From contig JBAZUP010000001.1 in the NCBI GenBank assembly GCA_041661385.1, positions 495,920-559,919 on the forward strand: a stretch of 64,000 nucleotides of DNA, read 5' to 3'. Below, piece after piece: positions 49,943 to 60,150 of this stretch. Numbering within the stretch: position 1 is the first letter of the stretch; every line of letters begins with the position of its first letter. This DNA comes from Patescibacteria group bacterium. Its GTDB lineage: Bacteria; Patescibacteriota; Patescibacteriia; Magasanikbacterales; GWA2-37-8. The translations under genes and the position numbers were made by a program. The notes below the pieces were generated by a model, which saw only the letters and a list, made by a program, of their open reading frames with translations, was not told the DNA's origin and ran no database searches.

Positions 49943-50128
49943 ATTTTATAAATTAATAATTTTAAAAAAAATACCCCGACACGCTAAGATTACAGCGCAT
50001 CGGGGTCTTAAAGTTATATTTAAGACGGTTCCACCCGAATATTTCTCTTTATTAAATTTGTTGCATACTCCGAGAATGGTACCATGCCTTACGGCTGGGC
50101 TGGCTCTCGTACGAACGTATGCAAAAGC
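49943..50128 (-). promoter_or_regulatory. Candidate T-box leader (tRNA-Thr-sensing antiterminator) upstream of thrS
   Basis: Minus strand: AAUAUUCGGGUGGAACCGUC matches the T-box consensus AAUUAGGGUGGNACCGCG. Fold: A1 uucggg/cccga, 7-nt bulge UGGAACC, A2 gucuuaaa/uuuaagac. The A1 3' strand overlaps the 5' strand of the terminator accccgaugcgc...gcgugucggggu plus U8 (49965-50007). ACC followed by A lies in the upstream stem region. Confidence 0.5.
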
Positions 50129-50131
50129 TAC

Positions 50132-50159
50132 TTTATACCTTCTTTTCTCTCATGTCAAG
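50132..50159 (-). promoter_or_regulatory. Sigma70-type promoter for the thrS leader
   Basis: Minus strand: TTGACA, 16 nt, TATAAA. Confidence 0.45.
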
Positions 50160-50167
50160 ACTCTACA

Positions 50168-51307
50168 CTACTTTATATTCCGAAGAATTATCGTAATTCG
50201 ATCCGAAGCAGCTGGCGCAGTAGAAACCCAAACTGGGGAAAATTTTACATCAACCCCGGCCACATGCTTTAACCCCATAATATATCTTTCAATCTCTTCT
50301 TTTTTCTTTCCAAAAAATTTGTCCGGTGAAAGCAGTTCGCTGTTAGAATCTAGACTGACCGCTACTTCTTGCCTAACATTTAGAGTAGCTGTTCCTTCGT
50401 TCGCATTATAGGTAGAAACTATAACCTTTGGATCGCTAGTAAGCGATGAATACCATTCTGATTTAGAATCAATTTGTCCGGCTGTTTCATTATTTACAAG
50501 CGCGGTTAAATTATCTTTTTTAAATTCAACAATAACTACCGTGCTAGTACCATAAACTTTAAATGATGATACAGTTTCGCCCGTTGAACGATCTGATAAA
50601 ATATTTTCATCAACAAGAGAAAGCAATCTCACAACACCGGTTTCAGCTTCCGGCAAGGTTTTTATAAATTCCGCCTGCATTTTTTGTCGATATTCATTTT
50701 TTGCATTATCAATATCATCAGCACTTAGACTGCCAATCGATTTCATACCGCCAGACATTGGCAAAAAGCTTTCCGCATAAATTACTTTTTGTTTATCCGG
50801 AGTGAGCCCAGGAATTGTAAATTTAGATGGTCCAATATTACTGATTGACCCTTTTTTATCAGCGTAAACGTCGGCTTGAACTTCACCGTTCGCAGGAATT
50901 ACTATCTGATTTGTTAGTCGAAATAAAACCCCTTCAGCATTTACAAGACGCGTTGTTTTAACCAAGGTTTGAGCGACCGCCATCTTATTATAAACTGTCA
51001 CTTTTCCAGTTGCCACATCTTCAATTTGTGAATTACCGGTCGGAGTAAAATTTGCCGAATATGAAAAAGCGGAAGTATAAACTTTACCGCCAATGGCGCG
51101 TTCGCCCTGCTCTGTTCCGGCGGTTACTGTAAATGTAATAGGTTCTGGATCTTGTTTAGTTAAAACCGTAATCGTAACTTTTTTTGATGTAATAAAAATG
51201 ACCACTCCAAGAAGAATAATGGTCAGGAATAGAAATGATAAAGCAATACCTTTATAAAAACGCACTGGCGGCTCCGGTGCCTGCGTACTCATACGATGTA
51301 TAATCAT
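50168..51307 (-). CDS. Hypothetical membrane-anchored protein carrying the conserved leader module
   Basis: 379 aa. N-terminal TM IALSFLFLTIILLGVVIFI. Adjacent to the PilB-like ATPase gene. Confidence 0.45.
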   Translation of the reverse strand: MIIHRMSTQAPEPPVRFYKGIALSFLFLTIILLGVVIFITSKKVTITVLTKQDPEPITFTVTAGTEQGERAIGGKVYTSAFSYSANFTPTGNSQIEDVATGKVTVYNKMAVAQTLVKTTRLVNAEGVLFRLTNQIVIPANGEVQADVYADKKGSISNIGPSKFTIPGLTPDKQKVIYAESFLPMSGGMKSIGSLSADDIDNAKNEYRQKMQAEFIKTLPEAETGVVRLLSLVDENILSDRSTGETVSSFKVYGTSTVVIVEFKKDNLTALVNNETAGQIDSKSEWYSSLTSDPKVIVSTYNANEGTATLNVRQEVAVSLDSNSELLSPDKFFGKKKEEIERYIMGLKHVAGVDVKFSPVWVSTAPAASDRITIILRNIK

Positions 51308-51432
51308 ATTTGAAATGAATGAGAAAAATGAAAAATATTTTTTATTTCTAAGCGAATGAGAATATATGCGGTAAAGCCCATCTATTTTATTTTTTCGTCA
51401 TTATTATAACACAAAATTTCACCTGCTGCCAT

Positions 51433-53145
51433 TTATTCTGACACCCGGAATACTTCATCAAGAGAAGTAATCTTTTCCAAAGCTTTTAAAACACCATCCT
51501 GCGCAGTAGTAACCATGCCATCTTTTTTAGCAATTTCTTCAATTGCGTGAGCAGAAACCTGACCACCCAAAACTACCGCTTCAATTTCTTTAGTCATGAC
51601 GAAAATTTCATAAATACCGATTCGCCCCTTATAACCAAGTCCGCTGCATTTTTCACAGCCTTTACCTTTATAAAAATGAATGTTATTAAAATCAACATTG
51701 GGCTTTTCGGCCGGCGGTAAAGTTTCGAGAAGTTTCATCGCTTTATCCAATTTTTCACCTTTTTGCAGATCTTCCTCAATACAATTTTCACAAATGCGGC
51801 GAACTAAACGCTGGCCAACAATCGTATTTAAGGCCGGAGCAAGAAGAAAAGGCTTAACACCCATTGAAACGAGACGAGGCAAAGCCCCGGCAGCACTATT
51901 GGTATGAATTGTTGATAAAATTAAATGCCCGGTTAAAGCGGACTGAATTGAAATCTCCGCAGTTTCGAGATCGCGAATTTCACCGACCATACAAATATCC
52001 GGGTCCTGACGAAGAAGACTGCGCAACCCTTTGGCAAAAGTATAATCCCGGCTTGGGTCAACCTGACTTTGATTCAAACCTTCCATTTTAATTTCAATCG
52101 GATCTTCCAAGGTAATTATTTTTACCCCTGGTTTATTTAAAGTTCTAATAATCGCGTAAAGCGTGGTAGTTTTACCACAGCCAGTTGGACCCGTAGTTAC
52201 AATCATGCCATTCGGTCTTTCTACTTCGCGTTTTAAGCGATTGAAAGCATCTCCGCGCAAACCAAGCTCATCAAATGTCACGCCCTTATTTCCGCTGCGC
52301 AAAATACGCATTACCACACTCTCTCCCCACATCGTCGGCATGGTAGACACACGCAAATCGAGACTGTCTTTTGATAGGTGCAGAGTAACCCGGCCATCCT
52401 GCGGCCGATCAGTAACATTAATTTTTAATGCGGCGAGAATTTTAATACGCGAAACAAATTGTTTCCATTGTTGGCGCGGCAACATCGCAAGATCGTGCAA
52501 AACTCCATCGATACGATACCGCACCGCAACGCCGTTTTCTTCCGCTTCTACGTGCACGTCAGACGCACCCATTTTTAAAGCCGTCGCAATCATAAGAGTT
52601 ACCACATCGCTTATTGATACGCCCTTAAAAGCGTCTTGAACCTCCTTAAGATTGTTTATGCCGGCTTCAAAACGATTTAATTCTTCGTCGGTAATATTAA
52701 TATCCTTATTAACTAATTTTACAATTGGCAAAGTCGCATACAGTTTTAAAACATGCTCAAAACTATGGCTTGAAATCAAATAAGTTGCCGCGTGAGCCTG
52801 AAATCTTTTACTTAATTCTTCGACAAATTTTAAAACCTCTACCGACGGATCCATGATGCCGATTCTTATTTCATCTGAACTAAAATAAAAACAAGCGACG
52901 CCATAATCTTTGGCTTCTTGTTCCGAAAGAGATTTAAGAGCTTCCGCCGATACCGGAAAACTTGCGAGATCAATATATGGCATATTCAGCTCTTCCGCTC
53001 TTTTTGCCACATTTTTTTCTAACTCTTTAAACCCAATTTCCTCCATTTTTTGAGTAAAAGCCGCCTGAGTCGGTGGCTCATCACTTTTTTTCACTGTCTT
53101 GCCCGAAGACAAGATATCATTAATTGAAGGAAAATCAGAAGACAT
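51433..53145 (-). CDS. Type II secretion / type IV pilus assembly ATPase (GspE/PilB family)
   Basis: VTTGPTGCGKTTTLYA Walker A, Asp box, His box, C-terminal CxxC...CxxC zinc motif (CENCIEED...CEKCSGLGYKGR). Confidence 0.85.
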   Translation of the reverse strand: MSSDFPSINDILSSGKTVKKSDEPPTQAAFTQKMEEIGFKELEKNVAKRAEELNMPYIDLASFPVSAEALKSLSEQEAKDYGVACFYFSSDEIRIGIMDPSVEVLKFVEELSKRFQAHAATYLISSHSFEHVLKLYATLPIVKLVNKDINITDEELNRFEAGINNLKEVQDAFKGVSISDVVTLMIATALKMGASDVHVEAEENGVAVRYRIDGVLHDLAMLPRQQWKQFVSRIKILAALKINVTDRPQDGRVTLHLSKDSLDLRVSTMPTMWGESVVMRILRSGNKGVTFDELGLRGDAFNRLKREVERPNGMIVTTGPTGCGKTTTLYAIIRTLNKPGVKIITLEDPIEIKMEGLNQSQVDPSRDYTFAKGLRSLLRQDPDICMVGEIRDLETAEISIQSALTGHLILSTIHTNSAAGALPRLVSMGVKPFLLAPALNTIVGQRLVRRICENCIEEDLQKGEKLDKAMKLLETLPPAEKPNVDFNNIHFYKGKGCEKCSGLGYKGRIGIYEIFVMTKEIEAVVLGGQVSAHAIEEIAKKDGMVTTAQDGVLKALEKITSLDEVFRVSE

Positions 53146-53151
53146 AATAAT

Positions 53152-54108
53152 TTAATCGCGTTTAAACCTAAGCAGATGTAGAATACTGCTTCCCACTCCT
53201 TCGTGATCCATTTTCATAAACATATACATCCAAGCCGCGGTTGCAAATGCGTTGAGTATTCCACCAACCAGCGCCGCCACAACAAAAAATAAAATCACGG
53301 AAGACATTAAACCGGTCATAATAAAGGTGGTTGAACCGGTAAAACCGCCGATAATAGTAAATGAAACAAACGGCAACAAGAACCAAGTCGAAGCCGCCAT
53401 AAACAACAGCACGACACCCATTTGAATGGCTAAAAGTAAAAGACTTAATTCCAAAGATACCAAGATGTGTTCTTTAAATAAAATTGACGCTTTTTTAACC
53501 GAATCCAAAATCGATATTTCTCGCTCCACCACGTAACCGGCGGCAAAAATTCCAATCGTCGCTATCGCGAGCGCGAGAAGTATACCGGTCATCACTACCA
53601 AAACAAGCATCGTTGTTTCAAAAACACCTTTTGTTGGAGTTAAATTATTAATGGTCGAATTAACTATCACCAATAACGAAACTAATAAAAACTTTTTTGA
53701 AACATGCACGACCAATAACCTTTTAAAATGTTTTACACCTTTTTGCCATGACTCATCAATTTTTATTTCCTTGACTCCCTTATACCAACTCGTTGCCGCG
53801 GCAATAAGCGCACCTTCAGAAACAACCGCAAGTAAGATTACTAAAACCGAAATTGTCACGAGTACCAATGTTAACCAAAGTGACCAAAAAATATTCGAAC
53901 CGGTCCAAATGTTTGACCACGGAATTGCTAAAAAGTATGAAGAGAAACTAGCTTCTTCGTTTGAGAATATTGTGAGGCTGCCAATAAAATTATTCCAACC
54001 AAGCTGTCCGAGAAGCAGTGACAACACACCAAAAATCCAAAGAATTTTATGGTGTAAAACTAGCTGCAAGGCTTTTTTCAAAGATCGCTGATAAATTGGT
54101 TCCCGCAT
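53152..54108 (-). CDS. Polytopic membrane protein, hypothetical
   Basis: 318 aa, 6 or more hydrophobic helices. No GspF/PilC motif recognised. Confidence 0.4.
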   Translation of the reverse strand: MREPIYQRSLKKALQLVLHHKILWIFGVLSLLLGQLGWNNFIGSLTIFSNEEASFSSYFLAIPWSNIWTGSNIFWSLWLTLVLVTISVLVILLAVVSEGALIAAATSWYKGVKEIKIDESWQKGVKHFKRLLVVHVSKKFLLVSLLVIVNSTINNLTPTKGVFETTMLVLVVMTGILLALAIATIGIFAAGYVVEREISILDSVKKASILFKEHILVSLELSLLLLAIQMGVVLLFMAASTWFLLPFVSFTIIGGFTGSTTFIMTGLMSSVILFFVVAALVGGILNAFATAAWMYMFMKMDHEGVGSSILHLLRFKRD

Positions 54109-54161
54109 ATTAAAAAATGGGTTTAATAACCCCTATATTATAGCATAAAATCGCCTCAATT

Positions 54162-54190
54162 AAAAAACCCCTCAGATTTTGAGGGGTTTT
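54162..54190 (-). terminator. Rho-independent terminator after ftsH
   Basis: Minus strand: aaaacccctcaaaatctgaggggtttttt. Confidence 0.75.
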
Positions 54191-54194
54191 GACT

Positions 54195-56072
54195 TTATTC
54201 AGCGATTTCAATACCAGTATTTTCAGGATGAATTTTGGCTTGTTTTACACCCATTACTGCGACAATCTCTTCTTGTTCAATGGTTTCTTTTTCGAGTAAA
54301 ACTGCAACCATTTTTTCTAATTTTTCACGATTTTTTACTACAATCTCTTTAGCAAGTTTTTCCGCTTCCACTATTAAGCTTTTTACTTCCTCATCAATTT
54401 GCTCAGAAGTTTTTTCACTATAATCCTTTTCTTCTCCGGTACGGCCGCCAAGGAATACATTATCTCCAAAATCACCAAAAGTTCGTGGTCCTAAATTTTG
54501 ACTCATACCATAACGCACAATCATTTCGTGTGCAATATGAGTAGCGCTTTTTAAATCACTAGAAGGTCCGGTAGAAATTTGATCCTCACCAAATACTAAT
54601 TTTTCTACCACATAACCGCCAAGTGACATTGCGAGTTCGGCTTTAAATTGAGCAAGTGTGTGATAGTGTTGGTCTTCAGTTGGCATTTTCAAAGTATAAC
54701 CACCGGCGCGTCCGCGGGAAATAATAGAAACTTTGCGAACCGGATCGCATTCCGGCAAAAGATAACCAACAACCGCATGACCGGCTTCGTGATAAGCGGT
54801 CATTTTTTTATCTTTATCACTTATAATTCGTCCCCTGCGTTCTGGTCCAAGCAATACTTTTTCTACACTTTCAAGTATTTCATTCTGACCAATTTCTTTA
54901 AGTTCTCGGCGCACAGCGAGAATTGCCGCTTCATTTAAAAGATTGGCAAGATCCGCTCCTGAAAAACCCGGAGTTCGTTCAGCAAGTTTTCTAATATTAA
55001 CTTCAGTACTAAACGGTTTACCTTTAGCATGAATTGTTAAAATTTCTTCACGATCCTGAATATCAGGCATATCAATAGTCACTCGCCTGTCAAAGCGTCC
55101 CGGACGAAGCAAGGCCGGATCAAGTACATCGGGCCGGTTGGTAGCTGCCATTACAATTACCCCAAGATTCGGCTCAAAACCATCCATTTCAACCAAAATT
55201 TGATTCAGGGTTTGTTCGCGTTCATCATGTCCGCCGCCCATACCTGTACCGCGCCTGCGGCCTACCGCATCAATTTCATCAATAAATACAATCGCGGGAG
55301 CGGCACGTTTTGCTTTACCAAATAAATCACGAACCCTTGAAGCTCCAACGCCAACAAACATTTCGACAAACTCAGAACCGCTCATGTGGAAAAAAGGAAC
55401 GTTGGCCTCACCGGCGACCGCCTTGGCAAGCAAAGTTTTACCAGTACCAGGCAAACCCATCAGCAGGACTCCCTTTGGAATTTTCGCACCCATGTGTGAA
55501 AACTTTTTCTGATCTTTCAAAAAATCGACTACTTCGCGTAATTCTTCTTTCGCTTCACGCGCACCAGCAACATCCGCAAAGGTTTTTTGATCTTTATCGT
55601 CCGGTTTCACCTGGCGCGGATTACTTTGACCAAAACCCATGGCTTTATTATTTGCACCCTGTACGCCACGAGTCATAAAATAAAAGAAAATAATTATTAT
55701 AATAAGCGGAAGCACTGTCGGAACAATTACTGCCATCCAAACTTTCCAACTGCTCTCGCCCACAACTTCTACCTGTAAATTTTTCTGAGCCGCATCAGTC
55801 ACTCCGTAATTTTTCATGATATTACCAAAAGAATCTTGTGTCTCTTTGGTAACTTGCTGAGCCGGAGCTTTCGCATCTTTCAATTCTACTTCCAAGGTAT
55901 CGCCCTTCACGACAACTTTTTTTACTTGTCCGGCATTAATTTCTTCAACTAATTTTCCTACTCCAATTACTTGTGGGGCACTGCTGCTACCGCTTTTAAT
56001 CATGCCAAGAGTTGCCGCTACGAGCAAAAGAACTAAAAAAATCACGATAAAATTCTTCAAAAAACTTTTCAT
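54195..56072 (-). CDS. ftsH: ATP-dependent zinc metalloprotease FtsH
   Basis: [21 protein letters not shown] Walker A, second region of homology, HEAGHAVV zinc motif. Confidence 0.95.
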   Translation of the reverse strand: MKSFLKNFIVIFLVLLLVAATLGMIKSGSSSAPQVIGVGKLVEEINAGQVKKVVVKGDTLEVELKDAKAPAQQVTKETQDSFGNIMKNYGVTDAAQKNLQVEVVGESSWKVWMAVIVPTVLPLIIIIIFFYFMTRGVQGANNKAMGFGQSNPRQVKPDDKDQKTFADVAGAREAKEELREVVDFLKDQKKFSHMGAKIPKGVLLMGLPGTGKTLLAKAVAGEANVPFFHMSGSEFVEMFVGVGASRVRDLFGKAKRAAPAIVFIDEIDAVGRRRGTGMGGGHDEREQTLNQILVEMDGFEPNLGVIVMAATNRPDVLDPALLRPGRFDRRVTIDMPDIQDREEILTIHAKGKPFSTEVNIRKLAERTPGFSGADLANLLNEAAILAVRRELKEIGQNEILESVEKVLLGPERRGRIISDKDKKMTAYHEAGHAVVGYLLPECDPVRKVSIISRGRAGGYTLKMPTEDQHYHTLAQFKAELAMSLGGYVVEKLVFGEDQISTGPSSDLKSATHIAHEMIVRYGMSQNLGPRTFGDFGDNVFLGGRTGEEKDYSEKTSEQIDEEVKSLIVEAEKLAKEIVVKNREKLEKMVAVLLEKETIEQEEIVAVMGVKQAKIHPENTGIEIAE

Positions 56073-56144
56073 AGGGTAAAATAATCAATAAATATAGTTA
56101 AGTTATACTACCCGAAAATCGAAATAAAATCAAGGCTTTATAAC

Positions 56145-56178
56145 AAAAAACCCTCCGTTAGGAACGGAGGGTTTTAAA
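56145..56178 (-). terminator. Rho-independent terminator after rpsA
   Basis: Minus strand: aaaaccctccgttcctaacggagggtttttt. Confidence 0.75.
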
Positions 56179-56182
56179 AGAC

Positions 56183-57412
56183 CTATTCTTTGGATTCAGC
56201 CTTCTTTTTATGAACTTTTTTTGGTTTTTCTTCTTTCGCTTCAGTTTCTTTTTTTTCTTCTGACTTTTCTTCTTTTTTCTCCGTCTTTTTTTCATCGCTT
56301 GCTACGGTACGTCCTTTTTTACCTTTTACACCAGCGAGCTTAAGACCGAGGCGGTGTTCAGCTGGTTCGAGTGAAACAACTTCAAAATCATATTCATGAC
56401 CAAGCTTGAATTTTTCATTCAAATTGGCAATTGGTTGATCGGAAAGTTCAGAAATGTGAGCAAGACCGTGGATGTCTTTATCAAGTCCAACCATCAGGCC
56501 GAAAGATTCAACTTTCAAAACCTTGCCTTTTACGGTATCTCCTACTTTATATTTATCCTTTACGCTCTTCCACGGATCATCCACAATGCGTTTCATTGAG
56601 AGATAAATCTTGGAATGATCGAGCTGGATAATTTGAGCTTTTACCGAATCACCAACTTTCAAAACATCCTTTGGGTGATCAATACGCTGCCAAGCGATTT
56701 CCGAAATGTGAATTAGACCCTCAAGGCCCTGACCAAATTTCATGAAGGCGCCAAATGAGGTAAGAGCGCTAATTTCACCATCAACTATATCGCCTACCTT
56801 GTATGATTCAAGAACTGCTTTTTGAGAATCTTCCCAAACTGCGCGCTCGGAAGCGATAATTTTTTCTTCGTTTTCATCAACATCAATAAGTTTTACTTCG
56901 AGATCGCGACCAACCATTTCTTTTAGCTTGTCGAGAATGCGATTTTTATCGCCACCCGCTACGCGCGGATAATTATCCGGGCTAAGTTGAGAAACAGGCA
57001 TAAAAGCATTCAATGCTTCAAGCTGTAGAAGCAAACCGCCTTTGTTAGCTGATAAAATTTTGGCTTTTAAGGTCAAACCGTCTTTCATCCATTTCTTCAT
57101 GTTGTCCCAAGCCTTGCGATAACCAGCAATGCGGAATGACAATTCCATTTCACCGTTTTCATTTTCTAATTCCAAAACGGTTGCTTCAACTTCATCACCA
57201 ACTTTTAAACCTGAATATTCGCTGCTTTCAACAAAAAGTTCCTGACCGCGAACAACACCAATAGTCATGCCGGCGACATCGATATGAATTTCACCGCGTT
57301 CGACCGAAATAACTTTGCCTTTGATGACATCACTTAATTTCGGCACGTCCATGGCGTACGCCTGAATCAATGATTTAAAATCATCATCTTTAACCTTTTT
57401 TTCTTCTGACAT
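56183..57412 (-). CDS. rpsA: 30S ribosomal protein S1 (four S1 domains, Lys/Glu-rich tail)
   Basis: Repeated S1 OB-fold blocks (GKVISVERGEIHIDV, GKVLKVESFGLMVGL...). Start placed at ATG 57410-57412; the track's 57418 is TTG. Leader has hairpins and no Shine-Dalgarno. Confidence 0.8.
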   Translation of the reverse strand: MSEEKKVKDDDFKSLIQAYAMDVPKLSDVIKGKVISVERGEIHIDVAGMTIGVVRGQELFVESSEYSGLKVGDEVEATVLELENENGEMELSFRIAGYRKAWDNMKKWMKDGLTLKAKILSANKGGLLLQLEALNAFMPVSQLSPDNYPRVAGGDKNRILDKLKEMVGRDLEVKLIDVDENEEKIIASERAVWEDSQKAVLESYKVGDIVDGEISALTSFGAFMKFGQGLEGLIHISEIAWQRIDHPKDVLKVGDSVKAQIIQLDHSKIYLSMKRIVDDPWKSVKDKYKVGDTVKGKVLKVESFGLMVGLDKDIHGLAHISELSDQPIANLNEKFKLGHEYDFEVVSLEPAEHRLGLKLAGVKGKKGRTVASDEKKTEKKEEKSEEKKETEAKEEKPKKVHKKKAESKE

Positions 57413-57508
57413 AAACAAAAAAAATTTGCTTATCCCCTCCGCTTAAAGCGGACAGAGTGCCTTTCTCTAAAAACGGAAAGGCTTAATTAATCTAAATGTC
57501 TGGTGCCA

Positions 57509-57537
57509 ATTGTATATTATAATGAGTAATTTGTCAA
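57509..57537 (-). promoter_or_regulatory. Sigma70-type promoter for rpsA
   Basis: Minus strand: TTGACA, 17 nt, TACAAT. Followed by leader hairpins gcctttc/gaaaggc and tccgc/gcgga. Confidence 0.45.
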
Positions 57538-57615
57538 GACGGCTATAAAATTCATGACTTTTTTAATTTCTTCTAAATATAATATATAATGACTTATACT
57601 TAAATATGTGATAAA

Positions 57616-58575
57616 ATGACAATAAATATGGATAATTATTTACTGCGAATTGAAAAAATGAAAAAAAGCCTCACAATCCTTCAAAAGGAGAATTTTAAAA
57701 TTGCTTCTAACGGAACGCATCATAAAGTATATATTTCAAATAAATATGTTATCAGATTTCGAGACGATAACCAAAAAATTTTAGCTAGAGAAGTTAAATT
57801 ATTAAAACAACTCAATCATCCTCTGATACCAAGGGTTTTGTGGTCTGGCTATATTAATAAATCATTTGTAATGCTTGAAAACAGACTCCCTGGTAAAACG
57901 TTAGATTTACTCTGGAAGATACTTCCGAAAAAAAATCAATTAAATATTATTAATCAAATTATTCAGTTTTTGCAATATATAAAAACTCAAAATTATAATT
58001 ATGTTTATTCGGTCAATACTGGTAAAAAATATAATAATTTTAAAGGCTATCTCACCAACAATATCAAGCAAAAAGTTGCAAGCATAAAAAAAATTAAACA
58101 AACGAACGATATTTTGAAGGAATTAATTTTAGTTATTAAAAAACCCGAGGTTCAAAAATTCTTTTCTAACCAAGAAAAAATAACACTTGTTCACGGCGAT
58201 CTTATTATTCATAATCTACTCTCAGATGGCAAAAATTTAACCGGCGTTATAGATTGGGAGTTGGCTTTATACGGCGTACCTGACTACGACCTTTTTCGCC
58301 TTTTTTATTATGAAGAGTGTGCTAAAGCTTACCAAGAACAAGACACCGATGAATCCTTTGAAGCAGAGTTCCTAAATATGCTTAACGTAAAAATTTTAAA
58401 ATCAAATCTTATTAAAAGCAAAAAAAAGTTTCAAAAAAAATATCAACTTGTGAATGCCATATTTTTTCTTAACGCCCTTTATTGGGCGGTAAATTCCGAT
58501 AACCGAAATGAAAATATAAACGAGCTAAAAATGCTATGGAAAAAAAGAAGTGGGGTTAAGTACATATGTACTTAA
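57616..58575 (+). CDS. APH/choline-kinase-family phosphotransferase (protein-kinase-like fold)
   Basis: VHGDLIIHNLL (Brenner HGDxxxxN) and IDWELA (DxE). Very AT-rich gene. Confidence 0.65.
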   Translation: MTINMDNYLLRIEKMKKSLTILQKENFKIASNGTHHKVYISNKYVIRFRDDNQKILAREVKLLKQLNHPLIPRVLWSGYINKSFVMLENRLPGKTLDLLWKILPKKNQLNIINQIIQFLQYIKTQNYNYVYSVNTGKKYNNFKGYLTNNIKQKVASIKKIKQTNDILKELILVIKKPEVQKFFSNQEKITLVHGDLIIHNLLSDGKNLTGVIDWELALYGVPDYDLFRLFYYEECAKAYQEQDTDESFEAEFLNMLNVKILKSNLIKSKKKFQKKYQLVNAIFFLNALYWAVNSDNRNENINELKMLWKKRSGVKYICT

Positions 58576-58590
58576 CCCCACGAACTGCAA

Positions 58591-58686
58591 CTACTTGCAG
58601 CGGGTCCGCTTTCCAGACATGGCAACGCCCGATTTCATCGGGGTAACCTTGCGGATTGCGACCTTTTTGATAGCAATCTTCTTCAT
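58591..58686 (-). CDS. 31-aa basic peptide co-transcribed 15 nt downstream of the radical SAM gene
   Basis: AGGGGG Shine-Dalgarno 8 nt before ATG. MKKIAIKKVAIRKVTPMKSGVAMSGKRTRCK, single Cys at residue 30. Below the ORF-track size cutoff; found by manual translation. Confidence 0.4.
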   Translation of the reverse strand: MKKIAIKKVAIRKVTPMKSGVAMSGKRTRCK

Positions 58687-58701
58687 TTAAATCACCCCCT
58701 T

Positions 58702-60150
58702 TCACACACCGCACGTGTGACGCTTCACAACCGTTGAAGCACCGTTTGACCGAAGATATTCCAATGCAAGAGCATCCGTGACCGAGCGGTAAAAATCACA
58801 CATATCGGCAAAAAGACTTTGCCGCTGATCCCCTACCAATTGTGCATCAACTTCTCTTGTCACATGACATTGACCGCCGCACGGACCTTCAATAACACAA
58901 CCTTTACAGTAGGCATCTGCTCCAGGAAAACGCTCCTGGACAATTTTGAACAATCCGCCGGACCTGTTGAACATCTCATCAAAACGATCCACGTGCCCAA
59001 TAGATGTACATGTATGGCCACAAACCTTTATACTTCCATCAACATTAAATTCAACCGATTTTCCCTGGACGGCGGCGCAAAAGGCATGACTACCTGTGAG
59101 GAGGCTCACTGATGTTAGGTTGCGAAATGCACTATCCCAAGTACCGAAGAAATCAATCCCCAAATCATTTGCGTATCTCTTCAGCACCATCAGCTTTTCA
59201 ACTCTCGTTGGTATCGGCACATCAATCAGGCTAATAAGGTCGTAGTCAAAAGCAAGAGATACCATGCCTCTTGCGGCGGCAAGATCGATGATATCTACAT
59301 CCACAAAATCGAAATTTCTCTTGGTCACAGTAATACTGAAACCATCCAGCGGATAACCAATTTCAGCCAAGAGATCAAACTTCTTGAGCAAAAGCGCGAA
59401 TGTGCCTTTTCCACCCTTGGTAACGCGAATCACATCATTAGCCTGGGCAGTTCCATCTAGCGAGGTCGCAATTACCACCCTATACTCCTTAAGGGTTTCA
59501 GCAATTTCGCGCGTCATCAAAGAAAGATTTGTATTGATTGCGAATTCAAACTTTAAACCACTCATCTGACTACAATAGACCAGCACATTTTTTATGACCG
59601 GCCAGTTTATGAGGGGTTCAGCATTTCCGAAATGAATTTTACCATCCGAACACTCATTCTTTCGCATTAACAATATGTATTGGTCAATGCATTGCTTTGC
59701 CGTTTCCCAACTCATATTGCGAGATAATTCATTGTTCGAATTGGATTGAAGTACAATACCTCCACTATTGAACGACTGCCGATGAAGACAATGGGAACAC
59801 CCAAAATTACAAAGGTCGCTAATTGCAAGGCCCATACGGTCAACTGTCTGCCCCTGCTTGATTTGCGACAAGTGTTGAGCCTTCTGAGATCTAAGAAACA
59901 TCTTCTCATCGAAACCTGGTTCAACAAGAAATAAAATCTCCTCGAACTCCTTAATAATTTCTTCCGGATTTTCGTCACACGCTTTCGCAATTTCTTCCTG
60001 AGTCACTGGATACTTAAACAAATCCAAAAATTGTCTGGCTTCATCATTGACAATCCGAGGATTGCCGTACAAAGTATGATAAGCCATAGACGTTTCGAAT
60101 TCGGGATTTGCAATAAAGCGAACATTCGGCGACAACATGTATTTTTTCAT
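58702..60150 (-). CDS. Radical SAM / SPASM-domain enzyme with an N-terminal extension of about 105 aa (peptide- or protein-modifying maturase type)
   Basis: CNFGCSHC (Cx3Cx2C) roughly 105 aa from the start. C-terminal Cys-rich SPASM-like region (CGHTC...CKGCVIEGPCGGQC...C). Start set to ATG 60148-60150 (MKKYML), which has an AAGGAGA Shine-Dalgarno. Confidence 0.75.
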   Translation of the reverse strand: MKKYMLSPNVRFIANPEFETSMAYHTLYGNPRIVNDEARQFLDLFKYPVTQEEIAKACDENPEEIIKEFEEILFLVEPGFDEKMFLRSQKAQHLSQIKQGQTVDRMGLAISDLCNFGCSHCLHRQSFNSGGIVLQSNSNNELSRNMSWETAKQCIDQYILLMRKNECSDGKIHFGNAEPLINWPVIKNVLVYCSQMSGLKFEFAINTNLSLMTREIAETLKEYRVVIATSLDGTAQANDVIRVTKGGKGTFALLLKKFDLLAEIGYPLDGFSITVTKRNFDFVDVDIIDLAAARGMVSLAFDYDLISLIDVPIPTRVEKLMVLKRYANDLGIDFFGTWDSAFRNLTSVSLLTGSHAFCAAVQGKSVEFNVDGSIKVCGHTCTSIGHVDRFDEMFNRSGGLFKIVQERFPGADAYCKGCVIEGPCGGQCHVTREVDAQLVGDQRQSLFADMCDFYRSVTDALALEYLRSNGASTVVKRHTCGV

